Below, one piece after another: positions 1 to 11,786 of a stretch of DNA of 64,000 nucleotides (positions are counted from its first letter, which is position 1; each line of letters begins with the position of its first letter). A program made the translations under genes and the position numbers. The notes beneath the pieces were generated by a model, which saw only the letters and a program-made list of their open reading frames with translations, was not told the origin of the DNA and searched no databases. Source of the stretch: Candidatus Latescibacterota bacterium (GTDB lineage Bacteria > Latescibacterota > UBA2968 > SICM01); NCBI GenBank assembly GCA_965217865.1, contig CBDCJO010000002.1, positions 4,096,001-4,160,000 on the forward strand, read 5' to 3'.

Positions 1-309
1 ACTGTAGTCCCGGTTCGACTCGTTCGCCATGGTGTCGAAAAATTGGTATCCAGATCTCAGGCGAAGCGGTTGCTGGCAAGGGTCGATCGTTTTAATACGG
101 TCATTCTTGATTTTCAAGATGTCGATTCGATCGGAAGGGCTTTTGCCGATGAGATATTTCGTGTCTTCGAAAAAAACAACCCGAGCATTCTACTCATGAC
201 CATCAATACTGTTCCTCACGTGGAGAAAACGATCACATACGCTCGCGAAAATAGTCACGTGGGATTGCCACACTCTCGTGATTCGTCGTTCGTGATCCGA
301 GATTCGTAA
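1..309 (+). CDS. DUF4325/STAS-like domain protein, 5'-partial
   Basis: Frame is open from base 1; LVSRSQAKRLLARVDRF..VILDF..V..IG.AFADEIFRVF is typical of the DUF4325 C-terminal STAS-like domain. Confidence 0.75.
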   Translation, partial: TVVPVRLVRHGVEKLVSRSQAKRLLARVDRFNTVILDFQDVDSIGRAFADEIFRVFEKNNPSILLMTINTVPHVEKTITYARENSHVGLPHSRDSSFVIRDS

Positions 310-572
310 TTCGCGCAGCTTGTTATCGTGCTGAACCCAATGGCCTTTTGTGGCCAAAATTTGTGGGACCGGTCTCCAGACCGGGAACTGGCTCTGTAGG
401 GCCATGAACTCCTGGTTTTCCGATCTCCGAATCACGATCCACGATCCACGGCTTCTCCGATCCCCGAATCACGATCCCGAGCACCGGCTTTTCCGATCCC
501 TGGGCTTGACTTTCCTGCCACTGCCAGGGCTTCTGTCTTTTACTTTCTCACGTCTCACTTTTGGAGGCTTTA

Positions 573-1568
573 ATGATGAAGATCGGCACCACAATCAGGC
601 CCGACTGGCTGGAACATCCGGGAGATTTCACCTTCCTGAAGCAGATCGGCGTCGACTGTGTGAACATCACGATGGACATCTGTCCTGGATTTAAAGAATC
701 CGGTGGTCGTCTGAATCGGGAAGGACTGGAGCGCATCGTTGAGATCGTCGATAGCGCCGGCCTGAAAGTCGAGCGCGCGAATGCCCAGAGCAAATTCCTG
801 GAGGCCGTCTATCTGGATAAGGAGGGGGCCGATCAAGAGATCGACAATCTTGTCTACAACATCGAGCTCTGCGGGGAGTTCAAGTTTCCGGTCGTGGGCA
901 TCCAGTGTTTCCAGGCAAACCAGCTTGCGGGCTTCCTTGAAACGAACTATCATTGGGTCGAGGGGCGGGGCGGTTATCGTAACCTGAAGGTGGAACTTTC
1001 CGACCTGCTCGATCGGCCCGCTCCCCCGGGCGTGCCCACCCACGAAGAGCTTTGGGAACGGACGGTCAGGATTTACCGGACGGCCGTACCCGTTGCGGAG
1101 CAGTTCGACATCAAGATCGCGATGCACGGCAACGACCCGCCTGTGCCCTCACTCTCCGGAGTGCCTCAGATCCTTTACGACTTCGCCGCGTTCGACCGGC
1201 TCTTCAAAGAGGTACCTTCGGCCAACTGCGGGATGACATTCTGTGTGGGAACCCGGTACGAATCCGGTGAGGATGTTCTAAAAGGGATTAAAAAATTCGG
1301 CGGACAGGGTAGGATCTTCCACGTCCACTTCAGGAACGTGCAGGGCAGGATTCCCGAAATCAAGGAGTATCAGGAAGTGATCCCGGACACCGGCGATCTC
1401 AACATGGCCCGCGTCGCCAGGGCCCTTCAAGAAGTGGGCTATGAGGGTGTGATCGACCACGATCACATCATGAAGCTGACCACCGACGGTCCGGCGGGAA
1501 GAGAATACATCGCTTACTGCGTTGGCCACATGAGGGGAATTTTACAGTCGCTTGAGGATCGTGGCTAA
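573..1568 (+). CDS. Mannonate dehydratase (UxuA)-family / xylose-isomerase-like TIM-barrel protein
   Basis: GGAGG RBS; motifs LKQIGV, AMHGNDPP, TFCVG, IFHVHFRNV, GDLNM, DHDH. Confidence 0.75.
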   Translation: MMKIGTTIRPDWLEHPGDFTFLKQIGVDCVNITMDICPGFKESGGRLNREGLERIVEIVDSAGLKVERANAQSKFLEAVYLDKEGADQEIDNLVYNIELCGEFKFPVVGIQCFQANQLAGFLETNYHWVEGRGGYRNLKVELSDLLDRPAPPGVPTHEELWERTVRIYRTAVPVAEQFDIKIAMHGNDPPVPSLSGVPQILYDFAAFDRLFKEVPSANCGMTFCVGTRYESGEDVLKGIKKFGGQGRIFHVHFRNVQGRIPEIKEYQEVIPDTGDLNMARVARALQEVGYEGVIDHDHIMKLTTDGPAGREYIAYCVGHMRGILQSLEDRG

Positions 1569-1584
1569 TCCTATGGGATCGTTT

Positions 1585-1780
1585 GGGAGGGTCCGCGGCC
1601 TCGCGGGCCGTAATCGGTTAACCGAGGCCGATAGCGCCTCACCCCTATTCAAACCCGTTCAACATTAAAATTCATCAAATTCCCCTGAAAACCGCCAAAC
1701 CTTTGACCCCAGGGGATTCTGAAAACCCTTCCCTTAACGATAGGAATGTTAGCGGACACCGAGGCCGGCGTCCCTCCCAT
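1585..1780. repeat. REP-like GC-rich palindromic cluster
   Basis: GGGAGGG...CCCTCCC ends, short internal hairpins and repeated ACCGAGGCCG units in an intergenic region. Confidence 0.4.
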
Positions 1781-1885
1781 CTAATCGGCCAGTTTCCGGG
1801 ATGGCTCGCGCCATCGCATTGTTCCCATTCTGTATTCTAACTTCTGTATTCTGTCTTCCTTTTGCAATTTCATAGGAAACCAACC

Positions 1886-3187
1886 ATGGGAAGTGACGAC
1901 TTACAGAATCTCCTCGACCGCGCCAACCGATATCTTGTCGGCGGATGTACGGGAATGTTCCGCATGCCGGATGACGTCGTCACCGTGTTCCACGACGGGG
2001 AGGGCAGCCGCCTCTTCGACGTGACCGGGCGGGAGTACATCGACTACGTCATGGGTTCCGGTCCTCTGATCCTGGGACACGCCCATCCCGCAGTCGTCGA
2101 CGCCGTGCGGCACCAGGTCGGCCTCGGAACCACCTTTTTCGGCCTCCACGCCCCGGTCATCCGCCTGGCGGAGCGCCTGGTCGAGGCCGTACCCTGCGCA
2201 GAGCGTGTCCGCTTCACCTCATCCGGGAGCGACGGCACCTTCTCCGCCCTCCGCCTGGCCCGGGCTTACACAGGCCGCGAAAAAATACTCAAATTTGAAG
2301 GGGGATGGCACGGCGGACACGACTACGCCCAGCAGAGCGCCTACCCCCCCATGCCTGGGGACGGGCCGGTCTCCATACCCGACTGCGACGGCATTCCCAA
2401 AACCGTGTCCGAGACCGTGCTCGTGGCTCCTTTCAACGACGCTGGCATCGCGGCCGAAGTCATAAACAACTGTGCTCAGGATCTCGCTGCCGTGATCGTG
2501 GAGCCCCTCCAGCGTGCCATCCGTCCGGTTTCCGGTTTCCTCCAGGCCCTGCGTGAAGCCACCGAAGCCCACAATGTTGTCCTCATCTTCGACGAAATCG
2601 TCACCGGTTTTCGCATAGCCTGGGGCGGCGCCCAGGAACGTTACGGCGTAGTTCCCGACATGGCCGTCTACGGCAAATCCATCAGCGGAGGATTTCCCAT
2701 GGCCGCGATTTGCGGCCGCGCGGACATTATGGACTGTGCCGATCCCAGGCGGAGGGGCAACGACAGTTATGCGTTCATCAGCAGCACCGCAAACGGCAAC
2801 CCGATCGGAACTACCGCCGGCCTGGTCTGCCTTGACGAACTCGGGAAAGAAGGGGTCTACCCCCGCCTCTACGCGATTCCCAATCAACTCAAAGACGGTC
2901 TGGAAAGCCTGGGCCGTGAGCGGGGTCTCCCCCTCCGGGTCTTCGGCGAAGGCCCCGTATTGCAGCCCTTTTTCACCGATATCGAAATCCGCAACTATGC
3001 CGACACCCTCAAGGCCGACGCCAAGGCCGCATCGCAATTCGGCCGTGAAATGATCAAGCGCGGCATCTACGTCACCCCGGGCGGCAAGCTCTACCTCTCG
3101 CTTGCCCACTCCGAATCCGATGTCGATCGCACACTCGAAGCCGCAAAAAGCGCGCTCGGGGAGGTCCGGGTAGAAGGAGTAAGCTGA
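1886..3187 (+). CDS. Class-III PLP aminotransferase (glutamate-1-semialdehyde aminomutase-like)
   Basis: YIDYVMGSGPLILGHAHP, KFEGGWHG, LIFDEIVTGFR, YGKSISGGFP (PLP lysine). Confidence 0.85.
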   Translation: MGSDDLQNLLDRANRYLVGGCTGMFRMPDDVVTVFHDGEGSRLFDVTGREYIDYVMGSGPLILGHAHPAVVDAVRHQVGLGTTFFGLHAPVIRLAERLVEAVPCAERVRFTSSGSDGTFSALRLARAYTGREKILKFEGGWHGGHDYAQQSAYPPMPGDGPVSIPDCDGIPKTVSETVLVAPFNDAGIAAEVINNCAQDLAAVIVEPLQRAIRPVSGFLQALREATEAHNVVLIFDEIVTGFRIAWGGAQERYGVVPDMAVYGKSISGGFPMAAICGRADIMDCADPRRRGNDSYAFISSTANGNPIGTTAGLVCLDELGKEGVYPRLYAIPNQLKDGLESLGRERGLPLRVFGEGPVLQPFFTDIEIRNYADTLKADAKAASQFGREMIKRGIYVTPGGKLYLSLAHSESDVDRTLEAAKSALGEVRVEGVS

Positions 3188-4155
3188 TGGACCTCTTTTT
3201 GGACAAAACAACCGTTGTCGGCGCCGGGCTCATGGGGAGCCAGATCGGGCTCGTCCTCGCCCTGGGCAGCAGGGAGACAGTCCTGATCAGCCGACATCAG
3301 GAAAGCCTGGACACGGCCCTGGAAAACCTCGGACGTTATGTCACCGACCTCCACCGACACGATGGGCTCCGCGACGAATCTCCCGAATCCGTCCTGGGCC
3401 GCATCCGGACCACCACCGACATGGAATCTGCCGTAGCAGATGCGGACTTCGTCGTCGAATCCATCCCCGAGGACCTGGAGGCCAAACAGGCGCTCTTCGA
3501 GCAGCTTGACGCGATTACCCCTCCTGAAACCCTCCTGGCGAGCAACACCTCGGGCCTGCCCATCACGCAGCTGGCCGCCCACGCCAAGCACAAAGGCCGG
3601 ATTGCAGGATCTCACTTCGTCCAGCCGGGCCATATCGTGCCCGTCGTGGAGGTCGTTCGCGGGGAGGAGACCTCGGACGCGGCGATGGACAGGATCGCGG
3701 CCATCTGGGAAAGCCTCGGCAGGCTGCCCCTCCGTATCAACCGGGACGTGCCCGGCTTTTTGATCAACCGCCTTCAGCACGCCCTCATCCGGGAGGCCGT
3801 AGACCTCCTGGCATCCGGCGTGGCCAATGCGGAGGATATCGACCTGGCCGTGCGGCTGGGCCTTGCCCCCCGCTTTACCACGGCCGGTCCCCTGGAACAG
3901 CGGGACATCAACGGCTTGAACATGCACGTCCGGGTGGCGGAACACCTCTGGAAAACCCTGGGTGGATGGGAAGGTCCCCTTGCTTACCTCCAGGACATGG
4001 TCGCCCGGGGAGAAACCGGTCTGGAATCCAGCAAGGGTTACTATGACTGGTCCAACCGCGACCCCAAAGCCGTACGGGCGGAGAAAGACGAACAACTCCT
4101 CCGCAGAACCCGACAAGTCATGACCGACTGGGAAACGGAACGGAAAAGGGGTTGA
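3187..4155 (+). CDS. 3-hydroxyacyl-CoA dehydrogenase family protein
   Basis: GAGLMG Rossmann motif, VVESIPEDLEAK, LASNTS, HFVQP, PGFLINRLQ; start overlaps upstream stop (TGATG). Confidence 0.9.
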   Translation: MDLFLDKTTVVGAGLMGSQIGLVLALGSRETVLISRHQESLDTALENLGRYVTDLHRHDGLRDESPESVLGRIRTTTDMESAVADADFVVESIPEDLEAKQALFEQLDAITPPETLLASNTSGLPITQLAAHAKHKGRIAGSHFVQPGHIVPVVEVVRGEETSDAAMDRIAAIWESLGRLPLRINRDVPGFLINRLQHALIREAVDLLASGVANAEDIDLAVRLGLAPRFTTAGPLEQRDINGLNMHVRVAEHLWKTLGGWEGPLAYLQDMVARGETGLESSKGYYDWSNRDPKAVRAEKDEQLLRRTRQVMTDWETERKRG

Positions 4156-4189
4156 TTCTAAAAAACCAACCCTGATTTGGATTTACCTC

Positions 4190-4320
4190 GTAGGGGCACG
4201 GCATGCCGTGCCCCTACACCAATTTTGTCCTCCCACCCCATTCCCGTAGGGGCGAGGCAATGCCTCGCCCAATGATTCATCCATACCATCCATGGCCGAC
4301 CACATCGGGTCGCCCCTACA
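4190..4320. repeat. GTAG-type REP/BIME cluster, copy 1
   Basis: Perfect 28-bp palindrome GTAGGGGCACGGCATGCCGTGCCCCTAC, then GTAGGGGCGAGGCAATGCCTCGCCC and a CGCCCCTAC end; same arrangement at 12104-12234. Confidence 0.85.
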
Positions 4321-4374
4321 CCCCTCCCTGTTTTTCGTCAAGAACATCCTTAATCAACATCGCTGTAAAAAACC

Positions 4375-4403
4375 AAAAGGCCCCGGAAATGTTCGGGGCC
4401 TTT
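4375..4403. terminator. Likely bidirectional intrinsic terminator
   Basis: AAAAGGCCCCGGAA-ATG-TTCGGGGCCTTT hairpin between convergent genes. Confidence 0.65.
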
Positions 4404-4569
4404 ATTTTATGCGTGAAAAAAAGGGCGACTTTAACCTCGCCCCAATGGATTTTCAATCTTCAATCTTCAATTCTCTGACCTCCTACCCCTAACTTCCGAC
4501 CTCAGACGAATTTAGGTCTTCTTCTGACTTCTGTATTCTGTATTCCGGTCGGGATGGGTGGAGGAGTGG

Positions 4570-6628
4570 CTATATCTCCTTCCCAAACGCCCCCGCAAAA
4601 AGAAAGAAGTCGTCAAAATCGATCTTGTTGTTCCCGTCCAGGTCGAAACGGACGTTATCACCAGTCGGCTCCTGACTGAACGCGGCTGCAAACAGGAAGA
4701 AATCCTCCAGATCCACTTTGCCGGTCCCGTCGAAATCGGGAGATGTCCCCACGGCATAAACGACCCCGGACAGGCGAAGGTTCGTGGGATCCCCCGCGTT
4801 GTGATCGATCAGGAGGCTGGCCGACTTCGTTCCCCGGAGATGTCGGAGAAAATATCACCGTGATCGTCTCGGACCCTCCCGAAGCGATCGTGACCTGAGT
4901 CGTCGAGACCTCGTACTCGGAAGCGTGTGTCCCTTCCACGGTGATCCCGGTGATGGAGAGGTCCTCGGTGCCCGGATTGTTAATCGTGAAAGATCCCTGG
5001 TCGGTTGTCTCCGCCTCCACACCGTCGAACGACACGACGTCGGCCTGAAGGCCGAGGACCGGTCCGCCCTCTGCGACGGCGGTCAGGTCGACAATGAGCT
5101 GGTCCCCGGCGTTGTGATCCACGTGAACAATGATTGACTTATTCCCGATAGAAGCAGGATCGAATGTAATCGTTATGGTCTCCGACCCCCCGGGTGCGAT
5201 CGTGGCCGATGCCGGGGAGACATCGAATTCCGAAACATCGGCCCCCTCCAGGGTGATCGCTGTGATGGATAGATCCGAGACGCCCGGGTTCGTGATCGTC
5301 CCCTGAACGGCGTTCTCACCCACCTTGATGGTCTCCAATGCCAGGGTGGAGGCAGACAGGCTGATCTCCGGGCCGACCTCCACGGCGAACCCGGTTACGT
5401 CGATCCCCTTGGACCCGGCATCGGATTCCACAAACAGGACAGCCGACCGGACCCCTTTCCTGCTGGGGGAAAAAATCACGGTGATCGTCTCGATGCCCCC
5501 GGGGTCGATCGTGGGCAGCGTCTCCTGCCCCTGGTAATCCCTTCTTCCCGCACCACTGAACGTAAACTCCGTGAGGGTCAGGGGCCCGGTTCCGATGTTC
5601 GAGACCTCCAAGGTCTGCCCGGAACTCCCCCCGACCCCCGTCGTGTCGAAGGCCAGGGATGTGACCATCAGGGCAAGAATCCCATCGGGCCCCACGCGGC
5701 GGACGCGGTGGTTCGCCGTGTCGGAGAAATAGATATTTATGCCGTCCGCATCCACGGCCGCCTTGCTGGGAAAGTTCAACTTCGCCTTGTTTGCCGGACC
5801 CCCGTCCCCCGAATATCCACCTTCGACATTCTGGAGTCTATCCCACTCCGTCCCCGTCCCCGCGAGTATCTTGATCCTCCCGAGGCCCACACGGCGGATG
5901 CGTTGGTTTCCTGTGTCGACGATGTAGACGTTTCCTCTGGAATCTGCAGCTACTCCCTCCGGCCACCACAGGGAGGCATCCGTGGGCTTAACGTCATCCC
6001 GGATCAAAGCCCGATCACCCCGCCCGCCCGCAAAGGTCGTGATGCTCCCGGCGCTCACGAGGCGGATGCGGTGATTTCTCGTGTCCGCGATGAACAGGTC
6101 ACCGCTTGCATCAACGACCACGTCGGACGGAAATGCCAACCTGGCCTCTGTAGCCGGCCCTCCGTCCCCGTCGAAACCTCTCTCGCCCGTACCCGCGATG
6201 GTCTCGATGATCCCGTCGAGGCCCACGCGGCGGACGCGCTGATTCGAGTAGTCGGCGATGTATATATTTCCCTTTGAGTCCACGGCCACGTCCCTCGGAA
6301 TATTTAAGAGGGCCTGTGTCGCCGGTCCCTCGTCCCCTGAAAAACCCGGATCTCCGGTTCCCGCAATGGTCGTGATGATCCCGTCGAGGCCCACGCGGCG
6401 GATGACGTGATTTCCCGTGTCGGCAATATAGATGACCCCCTTTTCATCAATGAAAATGCCTTCGGGTTCCATTAACTTGGCCTCGTTTGCGGGACCTCCA
6501 TCCCCTGAATATGCACCCGATACCGAACCCGCAAAGGTCGTGATTTTATCCGATGCCTCAACAGCAGCCAGGTTTCCCGGTTGCTGAAGGCAGAGCACAC
6601 AGATAATAACCATGCATAGACGTGACAT
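4570..6628 (-). CDS. Secreted NHL-repeat beta-propeller + 3 ASH/Ig-like domains + dockerin/EF-hand-like tail, paralogue 1 (+1 frameshift near 4833)
   Basis: Signal peptide MSRLCMVIICVL; GDGGPA..A.L..P.GVAVD repeats; an extra base in the C-run at 4832-4835 relative to paralogue 2 splits ORFs 4658-6796 and 4570-4752. Confidence 0.8.
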
Positions 6629-7096
6629 AACGACTTTCCTCAGAATATCCGATTTGGGCACCGGAACAGATGCGGTCAGATCGTTTGGCTTTTTCCTGCC
6701 ACTGCCACTATTCATTGAACATTGAATATCGGAAAATTGAATATTTGAACAACTCACGACTTTCTTATGTTCCAATGGATCTCCCTTGATCTTCAATCTT
6801 CATTCTTCAATCGTCGATCTTCAATTTCTCTGGCCTCCGACCCCTGCCTTTGCTTTCCCACCACTGCCACTGCCCCCTGCTACTGCTTTCCCCTGGCCCC
6901 CGACTTTTGATCCCTATTCCCGTCTCCCGACTGAGTTGAATTAGGTCTTCTTCTGACTCCTGTCTTCTGTATTCTATATTCCGGTGGGGATAGGCGGAAG
7001 GGTCTTCCTTCAATCGTCCATCGTCTATGGTCCATCGTCTTCATTTGCATTTTCCATTTTCCATTTCCCTTATTAGGGCTCATGGCAGAGGAGTGA

Positions 7097-9361
7097 CTAT
7101 AGTGTCTTCCCGAATGCCCCTGCGAAGAGGAAGAAGTCGTCAAAATCGATCTTGTTGTTCCCGTCCAGGTCGAAACGGGCGTTATCACCTGTCGGTTCCT
7201 GACTGAATGCGACCGCAAACAGGAAGAAATCCTCCAGATCTACTTTGCCGGTCCCGTCGAAATCCGGAGATGTTCCCACGGCATAAACCACCCCGGACAG
7301 GCGGACCGTCGTGGGATCCCCCGCGTTGTGATCGATCAGGAGGCTGGCCGACTTGGTCCCCGGAGATGTCGGAGAAAATATCACGGTTATCGTCTCGGAT
7401 CCTCCCGAAGCGATCGTGAGCGCAGTCGTCGAGACCTCGTACACAGACGCGTGCGTCCCTTCCACAGTGATGCCCGTGATGGAGAGGTCCTCGGTGCCGG
7501 GGTTGTTAATCGTTAACGATCCCTGATCAATTGTCTCCGCCTCCACGCCGTCGAACGACACGACTTCGGACGGAAGCCCCAGGACCGGTCCGCCTTCTGC
7601 GACCGCGGTCAGGTCGACAATGAGCTGGTCCCCGGCGTTGTGATCCACGTGAACGGTGATTGACTTATTCCCGATAGAAGCAGGATCGAATGTAATCGTT
7701 ATGGTCTCCGACCCCCCGGGTGCGATCGTGGCCGCGGTAGGGGAGACCTCGAATTCCGAAACATCGGCCCCTTCCAGGGTGACCCCGGTGACGGACAGAT
7801 CCGAGACGCCCGGGTTCGTGATTGTGATCGTCCCCTGAACGGCGTTCTCACCGATTTTGACGGTCTCCAATGCCAGGGTGGAGGCAGACAGGCTGATCTC
7901 CGGGCCGCCCTCCACGGCGAACCCGGTTACGTCGATCCCCTTGGACCCGGCATCGGATTCCACAAACAGGACGGCCGACCGGGCCCCTTTTCTGCTGGGG
8001 GAAAAAATCACAGTGACCGTCTCGATGCCCCCGGGGTCGATCGTGGGCAGCGTCTCCTGCCCCTGGTAATCCCTTCTTCCCGCACCACTGAACGTAAACT
8101 CCGTGAGGGTCAGGGGCCCGGTTCCGATGTTCGAGACCTCCAGGGTCTGTTCCGAACTCCCCCCGACCCCCGTCGTGTCGAACGTCAGGGATGTGAAGGT
8201 CAGCGCGAGGATCCCGTCGGGCCCCACGCGGCGGATGCGGTGATTTTGAACGTCGGAGAAATAGACGTTTATGCCGTCGACATCCACGCCCCACGGCACG
8301 TTCAGCTGGGCCTGGTTCGCCGGACCTCCGTCCCCCGAATATCCCCCTAAGACATCGCCGTCCGGATTTTTCTCGAACCCCGAACCCGCAACCGTATCGA
8401 TGATCCTGCTTCCGTTCACAACTCGGATGCGTTGATTGAAGGTGTCGGCGATGTAGACGTTTCCTTTGGAATCCGCGGCCACCCCATGCGGCCACCAAAA
8501 GGCTGCTTCCGTCGCCCGGACGCCGGTCCTGAGTTGCGCCCTGTCTCCCCGTCCGCCGGCAAAGGTCGTGATGACCCCGGTGATGTCCACAACGCGGACG
8601 CGGTGATTTCTATAGTCGCAGAAGTAGATGTCCGCCCCGTCTATGAAGATGTCGGTCGGGGAATTCAGCTTGGCCTCTGTAGCCGATCCCCCGTCCCCCC
8701 CGAAATCTCTCTCGCCCGTACCCGCGATGGTCGTGATGACCCCCGAGAACGCGTTCACTTTGCGAAGGCGGTGATTTTCCTGGTCTCCGATGTACACGTT
8801 CCCCGTTCTATCCACGGCCACCCCTTGCGGCCTGTCCAGTTCGGCCTCTGTGGCGAGTCCCCCGTCCCCGGAAAAACCACCCACCAAAGCTCCTCCACTC
8901 CCTACTTGGGGTTCGGTTCCCGAACCCGCAAAGGTCGTGATGATCCCGTCAGGATCCACAACGCGGATGCGGTTATTGAGGCTGTCGGCGATGTATATGT
9001 TCCCCTTTGAATCCACGGCCACGTCGGCCGGATAATTTAAGAGGGCCTCTGTCGCCGGTCCCCCGTCCCCGGAAAAACCCTCATCTCCGTTTCCGGCAAT
9101 GGTCTCGATGATCCCGTCCAGGCCCACGCGGCGGATGCGCTGGTTACCGTAGTCGGCGATGTAGAGAACCCCCCTTTCATCCAGGAACAGGCCCCTCGGA
9201 GTCGTTAACTTGGCCTCATTGGCCGGACCCCCGTCCCCTGAAAATCCCCCCGTCACCGAACCTGCAAAAGTCGTGATTTTATCCGTGCCCTCAACCGCGG
9301 CCAGATTTCCCGGTTCCTGAAGGCAGAGCACAAAGACAATAACCATGCACAGACGTGACAT
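7097..9361 (-). CDS. Secreted NHL-repeat beta-propeller + 3 ASH/Ig-like domains + dockerin/EF-hand-like tail, paralogue 2 (intact)
   Basis: GGAGG RBS before the ATG at 9361; teneurin-like NHL repeats; three Ig-like repeats; C-terminal DFDGTGKVDLEDFFLF...DLDGNNKIDFDDFFLF. Confidence 0.88.
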   Translation of the reverse strand: MSRLCMVIVFVLCLQEPGNLAAVEGTDKITTFAGSVTGGFSGDGGPANEAKLTTPRGLFLDERGVLYIADYGNQRIRRVGLDGIIETIAGNGDEGFSGDGGPATEALLNYPADVAVDSKGNIYIADSLNNRIRVVDPDGIITTFAGSGTEPQVGSGGALVGGFSGDGGLATEAELDRPQGVAVDRTGNVYIGDQENHRLRKVNAFSGVITTIAGTGERDFGGDGGSATEAKLNSPTDIFIDGADIYFCDYRNHRVRVVDITGVITTFAGGRGDRAQLRTGVRATEAAFWWPHGVAADSKGNVYIADTFNQRIRVVNGSRIIDTVAGSGFEKNPDGDVLGGYSGDGGPANQAQLNVPWGVDVDGINVYFSDVQNHRIRRVGPDGILALTFTSLTFDTTGVGGSSEQTLEVSNIGTGPLTLTEFTFSGAGRRDYQGQETLPTIDPGGIETVTVIFSPSRKGARSAVLFVESDAGSKGIDVTGFAVEGGPEISLSASTLALETVKIGENAVQGTITITNPGVSDLSVTGVTLEGADVSEFEVSPTAATIAPGGSETITITFDPASIGNKSITVHVDHNAGDQLIVDLTAVAEGGPVLGLPSEVVSFDGVEAETIDQGSLTINNPGTEDLSITGITVEGTHASVYEVSTTALTIASGGSETITVIFSPTSPGTKSASLLIDHNAGDPTTVRLSGVVYAVGTSPDFDGTGKVDLEDFFLFAVAFSQEPTGDNARFDLDGNNKIDFDDFFLFAGAFGKTL

Positions 9362-9611
9362 AACGACTTTCCTCCGAATATCCGATTTGGGCACCGAAAC
9401 CGATGCGGTCAGATCGTTTGGCTTTTTCCTGCCACTGCCACAGCTACTTCCTTTTGCCGTCTCACGTTTCACGTTTGGTGTTCTGTTTCCATTTTCCATT
9501 TTGCACCTTGCATTTCCTTCCCCTGACCTCCGTCCATCGTCTCCGGTCTGCGGTTAATTTTGCATTTTCCATTTTCCATTTCCCTTATTAGGCCTAATGG
9601 CAGAGGAGTGA

Positions 9612-11786
9612 CTATAGTGTCTTCCCGAAAGCCCCCGCAAAAAGAAAGAAGTCATCAAAATCGATCTTGTTGTTCCCCCGTCCAGGTCGAAACGGACGTT
9701 ATCACCAGTCGGCTCCTGACTGAACGCGGCTGCAAACAGGAAGAAATCCTCCAGATCCACTTGGCCGGTCCCGTCGAAATCCGGAGATGTCCCCACGGCA
9801 TAAACCACCCCGGACAGGCGGACCGTCGTCGGATCCCCCGCGTTGTGATCGATCAGGAGGCTGGCCGACTTGGTCCCCGGAGATGTCGGAGAAAATATCA
9901 CCGTTATCGCCTCGGACCCTCCCGAAGCGATCGTGACCTGAGTCGTCGAGACTTCGTACTCAGAAGCGTGCGTCCCTTCCACTGTGATCGCGGTGATGGA
10001 GAGGTCCTCGGTGCCCGGGTTGTTAATCGTGAAAGATCCCTGATCAATTGTTTCCGCCTCCACACCGTCGAACGACACGACGTCGGCCTGAAGGCCGAGG
10101 ACCGGTCCGCCTTCTGCGACAGCGGCCAAGTCGACGGTGAGTTGATCCCCGGCGTTGTGATCCACGAGCATAGTGATTGACTTATTCCCGATAGAAGCAG
10201 GATCGAATGTAATCGTTATGGTCTCCGATCCCCCGGGTGCGATCGTGGCCGAGGTGGGGGAGACCTCGAATTCCGAAACATCGGCCCCTTCCAGGGTGAT
10301 CCCGGTGATGGACAGATTCGAGACGCCCGGGTTCGTGATCGTCCCCTGAACAGCGTTCTCACCCACCTTGATGGTCTCCAACGTCAGGGTGGAAACCGAC
10401 AGGCTGATCTCCGGACCGCCCTCCACGGCGAACCCGGTTACGTCGATCCCCTTGGACCCGGCATCGGATTCCACAAACAGGACGGCCGACCGGGCCCCTT
10501 TTCTGCTGGGGTTAAAAATCACTGTGATCGTCTCGATGCCCCCGGGGTCAATCGTGGGCAGCGTCTCCTGCCCCTGGTAATCCCTTCTTCCAGAACCGCT
10601 GAACGTGAACTCCGTGATGGTCAGGGGCCCGGTTCCGATGTTCGAGACCTCCAGGGTATGTTCGGAACTCCCCCCGACCCCCGTCGTGTCGAAGGCCAGG
10701 GATGTGACCATCAGCGCGAGGATCCCGTCGGGCCCCACACGGCGGACGCGGTGATTTAGATAGTCGGAAAAATAGACGTTTATGCCGTCTGCATCCACGG
10801 CCACGCCGTAGGGTCGGTTCAGCTCGGCCTGGTTCGCCGGACCCCCGTCCCCCGAATCTCCGCCTATGACTTGGTCTAATGCATCTTTCTCGAATTTTGA
10901 ACCCGCAAGGGTATCGATGATCCTGCTTGAGTTCACAACTCGGATGCGGTGATTGCCTGTGTCGGCGATGTAGACGTTTCCTTTGGAATCCGTGGCCACC
11001 CCGGAGGGATACCACAGGGCGGCGTCTGTAGCCGACACGTTGGTCCTGAGTTGCGCCCGGTCTCCCCGTCCGCCGGCAAGGGTCGTGATGACCCCGGTGA
11101 CGTCTATAAGGCGGATGCGGTTATTTATCCCGTCCGCGATGTAGAAATCCCCCCCGTCTATGTCGATGTCGTTCGGCTGGTACAGCCAGGCCTCTGTAGC
11201 CGGTCCCCCGTCCCCCCCGCACGTTCCCCGATCTATCCACGGCCACCCCCTTCGGCCAGAACAGTTTGGCCTCCGTAGCCGGTCCCCCGTCCCCGGAAAA
11301 ACCACCCATCAAACCTCCTCCACTCCCTACATGGGGTTCGGTTGCTGAACCCGCAAAGGTCGTGATGATCCCGTCAGGATCCACAACGCGGATCCGCTGA
11401 TTGTTGGAGTCGACGATGTACACGTTCCCTTTTGAATCCACGGCCACACCGAACGGGTCGTTAAGGCTGGCCTCCGTAGCGAGCTCCTCGTCCCCTGAAA
11501 AATCCGCATCTCCGTTTCCGGCAATGGTCTCGATGATCCCGTCCAGGCCCACGCGGCGGATGCGGTAGTTTCTTGTGTCGCAAATGTAGAGGACCCCCCT
11601 TTCATCCAGGAACAGGCCCCCCGGATTCGTTAACTTGGCCTCATTGGCCGGACCCCCGTCCCCTGCAAATCCGGGCGAATCCGAACCTGCAAAGGTCGTG
11701 ATTTTATCCGTGCCCTCAACCGCGGCCAGATTTCCCGGTTCCTGAAGGCAGAGCACACAGACAATAGCCATGCATAGACGTGACAT
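9612..11786 (-). pseudogene. NHL/Ig-like/dockerin-like paralogue 3, disrupted in this sequence
   Basis: Relative to paralogue 2, 92 bp (equivalent to 8703-8794) is missing at 11219/11220 and two extra C occur near 9676; may be an assembly artefact. Confidence 0.7.

Noticed and set aside
1886-3187. Assignment as hemL
   Set aside because: GSA-aminomutase-like but diverged and coupled to a 3-hydroxyacyl-CoA dehydrogenase; more likely catabolic, so no symbol given
6685-7075. CRISPR array in the repeat-rich spacers
   Set aside because: Units are degenerate 6-7-mers without constant 25-40-bp repeats or unique spacers; no cas genes
9362-9499. N-terminal extensions of the NHL ORFs (starts at 6796, 9499, 11819)
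   Set aside because: They translate leader and repeat DNA; the RBS and signal peptide place the starts at 6628, 9361 and 11786
4570-11786. Diversity-generating retroelement acting on the NHL genes
   Set aside because: No reverse transcriptase, Avd or template repeat in the window; variation is spread over all blades rather than one C-terminal variable region
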